From an uncultured delta proteobacterium (lineage in GTDB: Bacteria; Myxococcota_A; Polyangia; Polyangiales; Polyangiaceae), in contig CAWJCS010000005.1 in the NCBI GenBank assembly GCA_963841435.1, forward strand, positions 704,001 to 768,000: a DNA stretch of 64,000 nucleotides. Direction: 5' to 3'. A program made the translations under genes and the position numbers. Under the pieces are notes generated by a model, which saw only the letters and a list, made by a program, of their open reading frames with translations, did not search any database and was not told where the DNA came from. Position 1 is the first letter of the stretch. Each line of letters begins with the position of its first letter. This document shows positions 48,068 to 57,184 of this stretch, piece after piece.

Positions 48068-48943
48068 TTGACCACCACCCTGCTGGCCGTCGACGACAGC
48101 AAAACCATGCGGAAGGTGATTGAGATCACCTTCTCCGGCGAGGACTATCGTCTCCTCGTGTGTGCCAGCGCCGACGAGGCGATGGCCAAGCTCTCCGAGC
48201 GGCCGAGCATCGCGCTCGTCGATGCCGGTCTCGACGGCACGAGCGGCTACGAGCTTTGCCGCAGGCTCAAGGCGGCGCAGCCCGGGCTCGGGGTCGTCAT
48301 CCTCTCGAACAAGCAGCAGCCGTACGATCGGGCGCTCGGGGGTCAGGTCGGTGCCGACGACTTTGCCGACAAGCCCTTCGACACGCAGCAGCTCATCGAC
48401 AAGATCGTCGCCCTCGCCAAGAAGGTAGGCGCCAGCGCCGGGACCCCTGCCGCCGCCCCGGTCGCGGCCGCACCGGGACCAGCAGCTCCGCGTACTGGCG
48501 CCACCACGCTTCAGTACGGAGCGAGCCCAGTCGCCGGAGGCATCCCCGCCGCACCGGTGATGGCTCCCGTGGGCCCTGCCGGAGCAACCCGCCCCACCGC
48601 GCCGGGCATGCCGGGCGGCACCGGTTTGACGCCGCGCGCTCCCACGATGATCAGCACGGGAGGAGCACCGCCCGAGATAGCGCGGCCCGCAGCGCCGGCC
48701 GCCCCCCTGGCGCCCGCAAAGCCCTCACCGGCCGCGCCGGCCGCACCCGTCGCCGCAGCGTTCTCGGGAGCAAACGGCGCGGACTTCGCCAAGAAGCTCG
48801 GCGGGCTCGGCCTTACCTCGGAGCAGGTCGAGGGAGTGCTCAACCTTTCACGTGACGTGCTCGAGCGTGTCGCGTGGGAGGTCGTGCCCACGCTGGCCGA
48901 GACCATCATCCGCGAAGAAATCCAGCGCCTGACGCGCGAGTGA
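48068..48943 (+). CDS. romR: RomR-like polarity response regulator (receiver, Pro/Ala linker, conserved C-terminal helix)
   Basis: Receiver with DD, D and KPF; C-terminal SRDVLERVAWEVVPTLAETIIREEIQRL matches the RomR C-terminal motif. Confidence 0.88.
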   Translation: MTTTLLAVDDSKTMRKVIEITFSGEDYRLLVCASADEAMAKLSERPSIALVDAGLDGTSGYELCRRLKAAQPGLGVVILSNKQQPYDRALGGQVGADDFADKPFDTQQLIDKIVALAKKVGASAGTPAAAPVAAAPGPAAPRTGATTLQYGASPVAGGIPAAPVMAPVGPAGATRPTAPGMPGGTGLTPRAPTMISTGGAPPEIARPAAPAAPLAPAKPSPAAPAAPVAAAFSGANGADFAKKLGGLGLTSEQVEGVLNLSRDVLERVAWEVVPTLAETIIREEIQRLTRE

Positions 48944-48977
48944 CGCGGCAAAAGGGCCGTGCCCGGCCACCCCTCAC

Positions 48978-49934
48978 GTGACGCGCTTCGTCTACAAGGC
49001 ACTCGGCACGGTCGCGGGATTGGCAGCGGCGTCGTCGGCGCTTTTCCTCGCCATGCCCAAAGCGCGCCCCGAGGCCGATCGCGCGGCCGTCCTCGCGGTG
49101 AGCGCCGAGTGCCAGGTGCTCGTCGTCGGGCCAAGCTACGTGAAGGAGGTCCTACCCGAGGTCTTCGACGCCGAGGCCGCGCGCGTCGGCTTCGACAAGC
49201 GAGCGTGCCGGCTCGGGCGCACGAACCTGAGAGGCTACGAGCTCGAGCACGAGCTCGACGTGCTGCTCTCGCACCGTTGGCCGAAGCTCGAGCGCGTCGT
49301 CATCGACATCACGCTCGGTGACTCGCTGTCGTTCGATCCGGAGAACTGGTTCAAGCCGCGCGTCATCGCCTGGCACACGTTCAGAGCCATCCCCTGGCTC
49401 CATCGCTACTACGTGCAGCATTTCGCACGGGAATCGAACCCCATCACGATGATCGCTGCCCACGCGGGACACATCGCCGCCAACTATCTGTCGCTGGGCC
49501 GCGCGGCGGAGCTGTTCCCCGGCGGGGGGACGACGACCGAGCCCACGCGCAAAACGCCGAAGGCGCGCAAAGGATCGAACCGCTCCCACCAGGCCAAGCT
49601 CTCGGCGCTCAAGCGGAAGAAGCGCCTCATCACCGCCAAGCACCAGACCACGTCCGCGCGCTGGGCTCTCGAGCTGCGCCGCGTCGTGCGCAGGCACGGC
49701 CACGAGCCGATCTTTCTCTACAGCCCGGTTTGGTCGGGCCTCAAGCCACCGCTCCGCGTGGGGCACGGCGAGGACCCGCTCGTGCTGCTCGACTTCGACG
49801 ACCCCGCGCGCTTTCCGGAGCTTTACACGGCTGACGTGCGTGGTTCCACCCAGCACCTCAACGATCGCGGCGGCCACATCTATTCGAAGCTCTTGGTGCG
49901 CGAGCTCCAGGCAATCTGGGACGAACCCAAGTGA
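48978..49934 (+). CDS. Extracytoplasmic SGNH-like partner of an MBOAT (DltD/AlgJ/PatB-like role)
   Basis: N-terminal anchor; VVGPSY (block I-like) and QHLN..G (block V-like); GTGA overlap with the MBOAT gene. Confidence 0.65.
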   Translation: MTRFVYKALGTVAGLAAASSALFLAMPKARPEADRAAVLAVSAECQVLVVGPSYVKEVLPEVFDAEAARVGFDKRACRLGRTNLRGYELEHELDVLLSHRWPKLERVVIDITLGDSLSFDPENWFKPRVIAWHTFRAIPWLHRYYVQHFARESNPITMIAAHAGHIAANYLSLGRAAELFPGGGTTTEPTRKTPKARKGSNRSHQAKLSALKRKKRLITAKHQTTSARWALELRRVVRRHGHEPIFLYSPVWSGLKPPLRVGHGEDPLVLLDFDDPARFPELYTADVRGSTQHLNDRGGHIYSKLLVRELQAIWDEPK

Positions 49935-51328
49935 TCTTCACCCAGCCGGTCTTTTTCTTGTTCTTCGCCGTGGTGGCCGCGGTCCATTGGGCGCTGCGCG
50001 GCAACGCGTGGCAAAAGCGCTGGCTTCTCGTCGCGAGCTACTTCTTCTACGGCTACTGGGACTACCGCTTCTTGGGGCTGATCTTCCTTTCGACGTGCAT
50101 CGATTTCGCCGCGGGGCTCGGGCTCGGCACGGTGCAGAAACCAAGCGCTCGGCGCGCGCTCATCACGCTGAGCCTGTGCGCGAACCTCGGCATCCTCGGC
50201 TTCTTCAAGTACTACAATTTCTTCGTCCATTCGGGGACGCAGCTCCTGCGCGCCCTCGGGCTCGACGTCGGCGAGGCGACGCTTTCCGTCGTGCTCCCCG
50301 TGGGCGTGAGCTTCTTCACCTTCCAGAGCATGAGCTACACGATCAACGTCTATCGGCGCGTGCTCGCTCCGGAGCGGCGCTTCTTCGACTTTGCGCTGTT
50401 CGTCTCGTTCTTCCCGCAGCTCGTCGCCGGCCCGATCGCGCGCGCCAGCCACTTTCTGCCACAGCTCGCGACGACGCGTGCCTCGAGCGCGATCGACGGG
50501 CGACGCGCGCTGCTCCTGTTTCTCGTCGGGTACTTCAAGAAGGCCTGCGTCGCCGACAACATCGCCTCGGCGATCGATCCCGTCTTTTCGCACCCGGCCG
50601 CGCACGCCGCCGGCTCCAGGGTGCTCGGCTCCACGCTCTACTCGGTCCAAATCTATTGCGACTTTTCGGGCTACACGGACATGGCCATCGCCGTGGCCGC
50701 GCTGCTCGGCTACGACCTCGCCAAGAACTTCGACGCTCCCTACCTGAGCCTGAACGTGCGCGAGTTCTGGCAACGCTGGCACATCAGCCTCTCGAGCTGG
50801 CTGCGCGACTACCTGTACATCCCGCTCGGCGGTAACCGCGGCGGCCCATGGCGAGTCGCGCGCAGCCTCATGCTGACGATGCTGCTCGGCGGACTCTGGC
50901 ACGGCGCGAACTGGACCTTCGTGCTGTGGGGATTCCTTCACGGCGCAGCGCTCGTTTTGCACCGCTTCTTGCCGCGCCGTCAGGAGTCGAAAAGCCGCGC
51001 GGTGCGCTTCGCCTCGTGGTTCGCGACGTTCGCCTTCGTGGCGTTTTGCTTCACCATCTTCCGTTGCCCCGACATGGGCACGGCCTGGGAGCTTTTCACC
51101 GCGCCCACACGCGCGAAGGGCGCATCGCCCGTCTCGTCGCTCTGGTGGCTCGCGATCTTGTCGCTCGGCGCGATCCACGCACTGCTGTTCCGCTATCGCG
51201 CCGAGCTCGTGCGCCGAGCGCGCGCTCTCTCCGACGCGCTCTTTTACCCCGCGTTCGGAGCGTGCTGGGCCTTGCTCCTCTTCATGACGCCGCTCAGCGC
51301 AGAGCCGTTCATCTACTTCCAGTTCTGA
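49931..51328 (+). CDS. MBOAT O-acyltransferase (AlgI/PatA/DltB family)
   Basis: LPVGVSFFTFQSMSY, FFPQLVAGPI, QIYCDFSGYTDMA, NF..PY....EFWQRWHISLSSWLRDYLYIPLGG, GLWHGANWTF, FIYFQF. Confidence 0.96.
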   Translation: MIFTQPVFFLFFAVVAAVHWALRGNAWQKRWLLVASYFFYGYWDYRFLGLIFLSTCIDFAAGLGLGTVQKPSARRALITLSLCANLGILGFFKYYNFFVHSGTQLLRALGLDVGEATLSVVLPVGVSFFTFQSMSYTINVYRRVLAPERRFFDFALFVSFFPQLVAGPIARASHFLPQLATTRASSAIDGRRALLLFLVGYFKKACVADNIASAIDPVFSHPAAHAAGSRVLGSTLYSVQIYCDFSGYTDMAIAVAALLGYDLAKNFDAPYLSLNVREFWQRWHISLSSWLRDYLYIPLGGNRGGPWRVARSLMLTMLLGGLWHGANWTFVLWGFLHGAALVLHRFLPRRQESKSRAVRFASWFATFAFVAFCFTIFRCPDMGTAWELFTAPTRAKGASPVSSLWWLAILSLGAIHALLFRYRAELVRRARALSDALFYPAFGACWALLLFMTPLSAEPFIYFQF

Positions 51329-51356
51329 CGCCGCAGCCGTCGGCGGCCGTGGCGAG

Positions 51357-52553
51357 CTACCAGCTCAGCGATTTTCGGACCACGATGGGCTCGCCGCTGT
51401 ACGACGGCATGTGAGCACGCCCGAACGCGCGCAACACGCAGCCGTTGACGGCAACGCTGTCGAAGGACTTGAGCAGCGCGACGGACTGGACGGTACCGGT
51501 TCCGGAGAAGGTCACCTCGACCCTGCCGGACTGGGGGCCCTCCTCACAGGAACGCGCCGCGTAGCTGGCGCGACCGATGGCCGCGGCCACGCTCTCCCGG
51601 GGCGAGGGAGGCGGACCCGAGCGCCGGCGCCGGGTGGGGGTCGGCGCGGACTCCGTCGAGCTCTTTTCTGTCACCGAGCGGCGAGGCGCTTCGGTTTGCT
51701 CCGATGTCGTGGCGCGCTCGGTCGTGGTCTGGAGGGAGGCTCGCGACACGGCGTGTCGCGACTGACCGGCGAGCGGGAGTGCGTCGAGCGGCACGGGGCT
51801 CGGCACGGGCGCTTCGTCCGAATTTGCGCTCTTTGCGTCCGCCGTGGCCGCGTGAGCGCTGCGAGCCGAAGCCGAAGGAACGGGACAGCGCGGCGGTGCG
51901 GTCGCCGCGGCGGCGACCACGGACGTGAACTGTGGCGGCGTCCCCTCCGAATCGGCGGTCGCGATCCGGCTGCGCACGCCCCAGGTCGTCAGCGCGACGA
52001 GCGCGCCGATGCCGGCGCTCAACGCAATCGTGCCGAGCAGGCGCCAGCGTCCGACCCAGTCGGAGGCGCGCGACGGTGGCACCGTTCGCGCGGACTGGGT
52101 CATCGCCATCGGCGGCAACGAGCTCGGCGCGACGCGCGGCACCATCTGTGGCGCCACCGGCTGCACCGACGCGGGCGGGATGGTCGACTGCAGCGCTCGC
52201 GATGACGGATGCGGGACGACCACGGCGCTCGGCGGAGGCGGCGGCATGACCCGATGCAGCCCCGCTCGCGCCGGCGGCGCCGAGCGGCGCGCCATTTGGG
52301 CCAGCGTTTCGAGGGACGCGTTGGTCGGCTCCTCGTCCGGGGCGGCCGGCGGAGGGATTGTGTTCTTGCGATGCTCGAGCCGAATCACCGGGTTGGTCTC
52401 CGGGTCGGCCGGTGGCTTGTCGCCGGCGTCCGGAAGGTCGCGGAGCGATCGCCGGCGAACGCGCTCGCTGCTCGGTGACGTGCTGCGCGGCGAGCGCTCG
52501 TCGCGCACGACCTTCGCGGCATCGCTTCGTCTAGTCTTGCTCCGCCCTGCCAT
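51357..52553 (-). CDS. Single-TM Pro-rich protein with a C-terminal TonB_C/AgmX-like disulfide domain
   Basis: Disordered N-terminus, one TM helix, Ser/Thr/Pro linker, then A..C......G.VEVTF...G.V.......V..CV...F.....P...G. Confidence 0.7.
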   Translation of the reverse strand: MAGRSKTRRSDAAKVVRDERSPRSTSPSSERVRRRSLRDLPDAGDKPPADPETNPVIRLEHRKNTIPPPAAPDEEPTNASLETLAQMARRSAPPARAGLHRVMPPPPPSAVVVPHPSSRALQSTIPPASVQPVAPQMVPRVAPSSLPPMAMTQSARTVPPSRASDWVGRWRLLGTIALSAGIGALVALTTWGVRSRIATADSEGTPPQFTSVVAAAATAPPRCPVPSASARSAHAATADAKSANSDEAPVPSPVPLDALPLAGQSRHAVSRASLQTTTERATTSEQTEAPRRSVTEKSSTESAPTPTRRRRSGPPPSPRESVAAAIGRASYAARSCEEGPQSGRVEVTFSGTGTVQSVALLKSFDSVAVNGCVLRAFGRAHMPSYSGEPIVVRKSLSW

Positions 52554-52680
52554 TGCCTGTCTCCGAGCCTCGCCTATTTTCCTGTTATGCCGATATCGGC
52601 CGGTCAGCAAGCCGAGATTTCGCTCGCGAGAAAACCTTTCGAAACGCGAAGTACTGGAAAATTAACCGCCCCGCACTGGG

Positions 52681-52696
52681 GCATTCCGCGTGCCGA
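52681..52696 (-). promoter_or_regulatory. Putative sigma54 -24/-12 promoter for the 51357-52553 gene
   Basis: Minus strand TCGGCACG-CGGA-ATGC (GG-N10-GC) with an AT-rich tract just upstream. Confidence 0.5.
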
Positions 52697-53089
52697 CATC
52701 TTATTTGCATTACTGCCTTTCACTAAGAGCGTGCTGCAGTAGCGATATCCTCGCTCTCACGACGCACTCGTGCGCCGCCGGTCGCGAGAAATGCGCACGC
52801 CGCCCACGGCGACCGAACGCTGCGGCACCCGCGGTTCGCCACGGACTGCTGAACGAACGAACCGCGTGCGTCAGTGACCGAGCAACGAGCGTTCACCCAG
52901 AGGTATGAAGAGGGCTCCACTGGGACTGAACTTTCGATGACGGAGCCCGTGCCCGGAGCGGCCCGCGCGTCCGCGGAACGGACGCGAGAGAACCCGCAGG
53001 GCGGCCAATTTTGCCTGGGATCGTGCCGGATGGCAGCCGTCCGAGGCCGGCTGGTCTAAGGGGTGCCGAGCCCCTAAACTCCGCGCCCC

Positions 53090-55885
53090 ATGTCCGAGCT
53101 TCCGAAAGCCTACGACCCTGCTGACGTCGAGCCGCGCTGGTATGCGTTCTGGGAGGAAAACGGCGTCTTTCGGGCCTCGCTCGCACCAGATGACGCGCGC
53201 CCGACTTACGTCATCCCGATGCCGCCCCCGAACGTGACGGGGTCGCTGCACATGGGGCACGCGCTCTACACGATCCAGGACGTGCTGATCCGCCATGCGC
53301 GCATGCGGGGGCTCAACGTGCTGTGGCAGCCCGGCATGGACCACGCCGGCATCTCGACCCAGGTCGTCGTCGAACGGCAGCTCAAGCGCGAGGGCAAGAC
53401 GCGCCACGACCTCGGTCGCGAGGCGTTCATCGAACGGGTCTGGCGCTGGAAGGAACAGAGCGGCGGGAGAATCTTCGAACAGATGCGCGTGCTCGGCTTT
53501 TCTGCGGACTGGGAGCGCGCGAAATTCACGATGGATGCCGATCTGTCGCGGGCCGTGCGCGAAGCGTTCGTTCGGCTGTACGAGGAGGGGCTCATCTACC
53601 GCGCCACGCGCCTGGTCAACTGGGACGTCGAGTCGCGCACCGTGCTCTCGGATCTCGAGGTCGAAACCGAAGAGAACGTGCAAGGCGAGCTCTACGAGTT
53701 CGCGTACCCCGTCATCGACGCTGATCCCCGCGAGGGCGCCGTGGAGCTCGTGGTCGCGACGACGCGCCCCGAGACGATGCTGGGCGACACGGCAGTCGCC
53801 GTCCACCCCGACGATCCGCGCTACCTGCATCTGCACGGAAAAAAGCTGAAGCACCCGTTCGTACCCCGCGAGATCCCCGTGATCACCGATCCAGTGCTCG
53901 TCGACATGGCGTTCGGCACGGGCGCGGTGAAGGTCACGCCGGCCCACGATTTCAACGATTTCGCAACGGGCAAGCGCCACGGCCTCGAGGAGATCAGCAT
54001 CCTCGCGCTCGACGGCACCATGAACGAAAAGGCCGGGGAGTTTGCCGGGATGGATCGCTTCGCGGCGAGAAAGGCGGTCAAGAAACGCCTCGCCGAGAGC
54101 GGGCTCGCGCGAGGCTCGAAACAGCACATGATGACGCTGCCCCGCTCGCAACGCACCGGCACCGTCGTCGAGCCGCTGATATCGACCCAGTGGTTCGTGA
54201 AGATGCAACCGCTCGCCGAGCCGGCGCTCGAGGCCGTGCGCAGCGGACGCACGCGCATCGTGCCCGAGGAGTGGGTGAAGACGTGGGAGCACTGGCTCAC
54301 GAACATCCAGGATTGGTGTATCTCCCGGCAGCTCTGGTGGGGGCACCAGATCCCCGCGTTTTACTGCGCTGCCTGCGGGGCGGTCGCCGTCACGCGCACC
54401 GACCCCGAGGCGTGCCCGAAGTGCGGCACAGCCGGGCCCACGCGCGACCAGGACGTGCTCGACACCTGGTTCTCGAGCGGCCTCTGGCCGTTCTCCACGC
54501 TCGGCTGGCCCGACGAGACGCCGGCGCTTCGGCGTTTCTACCCCGCGAGCGACCTCGAGACCGGCTACGACATCCTGTTCTTCTGGGTCGCCCGCATGAT
54601 GATGATGGGCCTTAAATTCACGGGGGAGGTGCCGTTCCGACGCGTCCTTTTGCACGGGATGGTGGTCGACGAAACCGGCGACAAGATGAGCAAGGTGAAG
54701 GGAAACACGCTCGATCCGCTCGATCTGATCCACGGGGCCGAGTTCGACGCCATCGTGAGGAAGCTGTTGCCCGACGCGCCACCCGAGGAAGCGCTCGCCA
54801 AGTTCAAGAAGGCGTACCCGTCCGTGGCCCAGATGGGCAAGGGCTTCGCTGCCTGCGGCACGGACGCGCTCCGCTTCACGCTCGTGAGCTATTCGCCGCA
54901 GGCCAAGCGCATCGCTCTCTCGCCGGCGCGCATCGACGGCTATCGAAAATTTTGCAACAAGATCTACAACGCCACGCGCTTCGCGCTCGACTACGTCGAG
55001 GGGGAGAAGCCGAGCGGGCATCCGCCCGTCGTGACGCTGCTTTTGAACCGCTGGATCCTGTCGCGCCTCAGCGCGGCCACCGTCGCAAGCACGCGCGGCA
55101 TCGAGGACTTCAGGCTCGACGAGGGGTCGAGCGCCCTCTACCACTTCTTCTGGGACGAGCTTTGCGACTGGTACCTCGAAATGACCAAGCCGGTTTTCGC
55201 CGAGGGTAGCGCCGAGGCCAAGCAGGAAACGCGGCGCACGCTGGCGCACGCGCTCGAAGCGGCGCTGCGCGCGCTGCACCCGTACGCGCCGTTCATCACC
55301 GAGGAGCTCTGGCAGCGCCTGCCGCGTCCCGAAGGGCGCCCCCTCTCGATTGCGCTCGCCCCCTACCCGGGCTCCGGCGACGGGCGTCTCGACCCGGAGG
55401 CCGAGCGCGAGATGGACCTTTTGATGGGAGCCGTCAGCTCGGCGCGCACGGCGCGCAGCGAGCACGAGATCCACCCCGCACAGCGGGTCAAACTCGAGCT
55501 TCGCGCCGCCGACCCCGGCGTGCGGGCGCTTCTCACGCGCGAGGCGCGCTTCATCGAGTTCCTCGTCGCCAGCGAAGGCTCGCTGACGGTCGGCGAGACG
55601 GGCGGTCCGCGCCCGCCCGGAACGGTGATGGACGTGAGCCATGACATCGAGGTGCTCGTCGGACTGCGCGGGCTCGTCGACCCGAGCAAAGAGTCGGAGC
55701 GCGTGGCGCGCTCGCTCAAGAACGTCGAGAAGGACATCGCGGTGATGAAAAAGCGCCTCGAAAACCAGAAATTCTTGAGCAATGCGCCGCCCGACGTCGT
55801 CGAGGCGGCTCGGGCGCAGCTGGCCGAGCTCGAGCGCAAAAAGGAGCGCCTGCTCGACGCCGCTCGGCTCGTCACGGAGCTCTGA
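53090..55885 (+). CDS. valS: Valine--tRNA ligase
   Basis: PPPNVTGSLHMGHA, DHAGI.TQ, ATTRPET, GTGAVKVTPAHD, WCISRQLWWGH, DVLDTWFSS, KMSK, C-terminal coiled coil. Confidence 0.98.
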   Translation: MSELPKAYDPADVEPRWYAFWEENGVFRASLAPDDARPTYVIPMPPPNVTGSLHMGHALYTIQDVLIRHARMRGLNVLWQPGMDHAGISTQVVVERQLKREGKTRHDLGREAFIERVWRWKEQSGGRIFEQMRVLGFSADWERAKFTMDADLSRAVREAFVRLYEEGLIYRATRLVNWDVESRTVLSDLEVETEENVQGELYEFAYPVIDADPREGAVELVVATTRPETMLGDTAVAVHPDDPRYLHLHGKKLKHPFVPREIPVITDPVLVDMAFGTGAVKVTPAHDFNDFATGKRHGLEEISILALDGTMNEKAGEFAGMDRFAARKAVKKRLAESGLARGSKQHMMTLPRSQRTGTVVEPLISTQWFVKMQPLAEPALEAVRSGRTRIVPEEWVKTWEHWLTNIQDWCISRQLWWGHQIPAFYCAACGAVAVTRTDPEACPKCGTAGPTRDQDVLDTWFSSGLWPFSTLGWPDETPALRRFYPASDLETGYDILFFWVARMMMMGLKFTGEVPFRRVLLHGMVVDETGDKMSKVKGNTLDPLDLIHGAEFDAIVRKLLPDAPPEEALAKFKKAYPSVAQMGKGFAACGTDALRFTLVSYSPQAKRIALSPARIDGYRKFCNKIYNATRFALDYVEGEKPSGHPPVVTLLLNRWILSRLSAATVASTRGIEDFRLDEGSSALYHFFWDELCDWYLEMTKPVFAEGSAEAKQETRRTLAHALEAALRALHPYAPFITEELWQRLPRPEGRPLSIALAPYPGSGDGRLDPEAEREMDLLMGAVSSARTARSEHEIHPAQRVKLELRAADPGVRALLTREARFIEFLVASEGSLTVGETGGPRPPGTVMDVSHDIEVLVGLRGLVDPSKESERVARSLKNVEKDIAVMKKRLENQKFLSNAPPDVVEAARAQLAELERKKERLLDAARLVTEL

Positions 55886-55890
55886 GGGCC

Positions 55891-56376
55891 ATGGCGGACA
55901 GGGGGTACGCAGCGGACGTTGTGAGAAACACGCTCGTGGTGGTGTGGAATGGCGACCCGACGATCGACCGACTGGAGGCCACGTTCAAAAAGCTCGTGGA
56001 CCTTTCGAAGCGCTACCCTGACGGCGTGTTCATGTACAACGTGATCCTGCCGAGCACGGGCATGCCGGGGCCCCATGCGCGCAAGCTCTTGCAGCACCAG
56101 TTCGAGTCGATGCGCGGGGCGCTCAAGGGGGCCGTCGTCGTGCTCGAGAAGTCCGGCATCGAGGGCACGCTGTCACGCACGATCATCTCGACGCTGCTCG
56201 TGCTGAGTAGAAAGCCGTTCGCCATGAAGGTGTTCGGACTGCGCAGGGAGGCGAGCGAGTGGCTGGCCAGCCACGGCAATAGTCGCGACGGCGAGCTCTG
56301 GATAGCGCGCGCGGCTGCGCTCACGGGACAACTGGAAACCGAGGCGAATCGCTCGGCAACCCGCTTTGCGCCCTGA
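55891..56376 (+). CDS. Small alpha/beta protein, STAS/SEC14-like
   Basis: 5 nt after the valS stop; strand-helix pattern ending P..VF....EA..WL, typical of small myxobacterial STAS-like proteins (inference). Confidence 0.65.
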   Translation: MADRGYAADVVRNTLVVVWNGDPTIDRLEATFKKLVDLSKRYPDGVFMYNVILPSTGMPGPHARKLLQHQFESMRGALKGAVVVLEKSGIEGTLSRTIISTLLVLSRKPFAMKVFGLRREASEWLASHGNSRDGELWIARAAALTGQLETEANRSATRFAP

Positions 56377-56391
56377 CCCCGAGCGCTCGAG

Positions 56392-57171
56392 TCAGAAGCG
56401 GAAACGGCCGAGCAGGCCGATCTGACGGATATCGAACGTTCCGCCGCTGCCGAACAGGTTGTTGAACTGCAGCACGCCGCCGAGATCGACGTTGTTCGTG
56501 AGCGACACGATCACCCCGCCTTCGAGAGGGATCTCGTGCCGGTTGCCGAAGCCCTCCAGGCGCCCGCCGAGCCCAGTCCCCACGAACGGCGCCACGCTGC
56601 GCGTCACCTGGAAGTAGAACCAGACGGGTAGCCAGAGAAAATCCTTGTTGCCGCCCTGCGCGTCGTCACGCCGGCTGAGGCCGATCTGCAGTGACGGATC
56701 GAAGACCAGGGCCACGACGGAGCCGAGGTTCGCGCGCATGAGCACGCCACCGCGCACGGCGAGGAAGGTCGGATCGAGCGACAGGAACTCGGGCGCGGTG
56801 ACCTCGAGGTCGGCCTCGAAGCCTGCCGAGCGCACGAGACGGTACAGGATGCCGAACCCCACGTCGTTGTAGACGCGGCCGCAGTTGAAGCAGGGGCCTC
56901 CCCAACGGTAAAATGGGCCCACCTCGTGGGTGATGCCCAGCGTGAGGGAGTCGGTCACGCCGAAGTACACGTGGAGCGGCACGTGGAACGGCTCGAGGTG
57001 CGAGTCTTGCGAAATGTCGAGCCCGAGGATCGTCGGGCGCGCAGGCATGCCCGTGAGCTCGACGGAATGCCGGGGCAACACGTAGCTGCGGCGGGTAAAC
57101 TCCTCTGCCATCGCGGTGGGGGCGAAGAGGACGACCAACGTCGAGAACAGCGAAAGGAGCACGGCGCGCAT
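56392..57171 (-). CDS. Outer-membrane beta-barrel-like protein
   Basis: Signal peptide (..AMA-EE), amphipathic strands, C-terminal Phe (GRFRF), CFNC loop. Confidence 0.75.
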   Translation of the reverse strand: MRAVLLSLFSTLVVLFAPTAMAEEFTRRSYVLPRHSVELTGMPARPTILGLDISQDSHLEPFHVPLHVYFGVTDSLTLGITHEVGPFYRWGGPCFNCGRVYNDVGFGILYRLVRSAGFEADLEVTAPEFLSLDPTFLAVRGGVLMRANLGSVVALVFDPSLQIGLSRRDDAQGGNKDFLWLPVWFYFQVTRSVAPFVGTGLGGRLEGFGNRHEIPLEGGVIVSLTNNVDLGGVLQFNNLFGSGGTFDIRQIGLLGRFRF

Positions 57172-57184
57172 GGCGCCGGGAACT

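Noticed and set aside
52903-52955. ATGAAGAG...GGGACTG...GATGA resembling a SAM-I riboswitch
   Set aside because: It lacks the kink-turn GA, the GCAACC and the GTGC..ATTCC elements, and the downstream gene (valS) does not fit.
52800-53089. T-box leader upstream of valS (also checked upstream of thrS)
   Set aside because: No TGGNACCGCG T-box sequence or U-tailed terminator was found.
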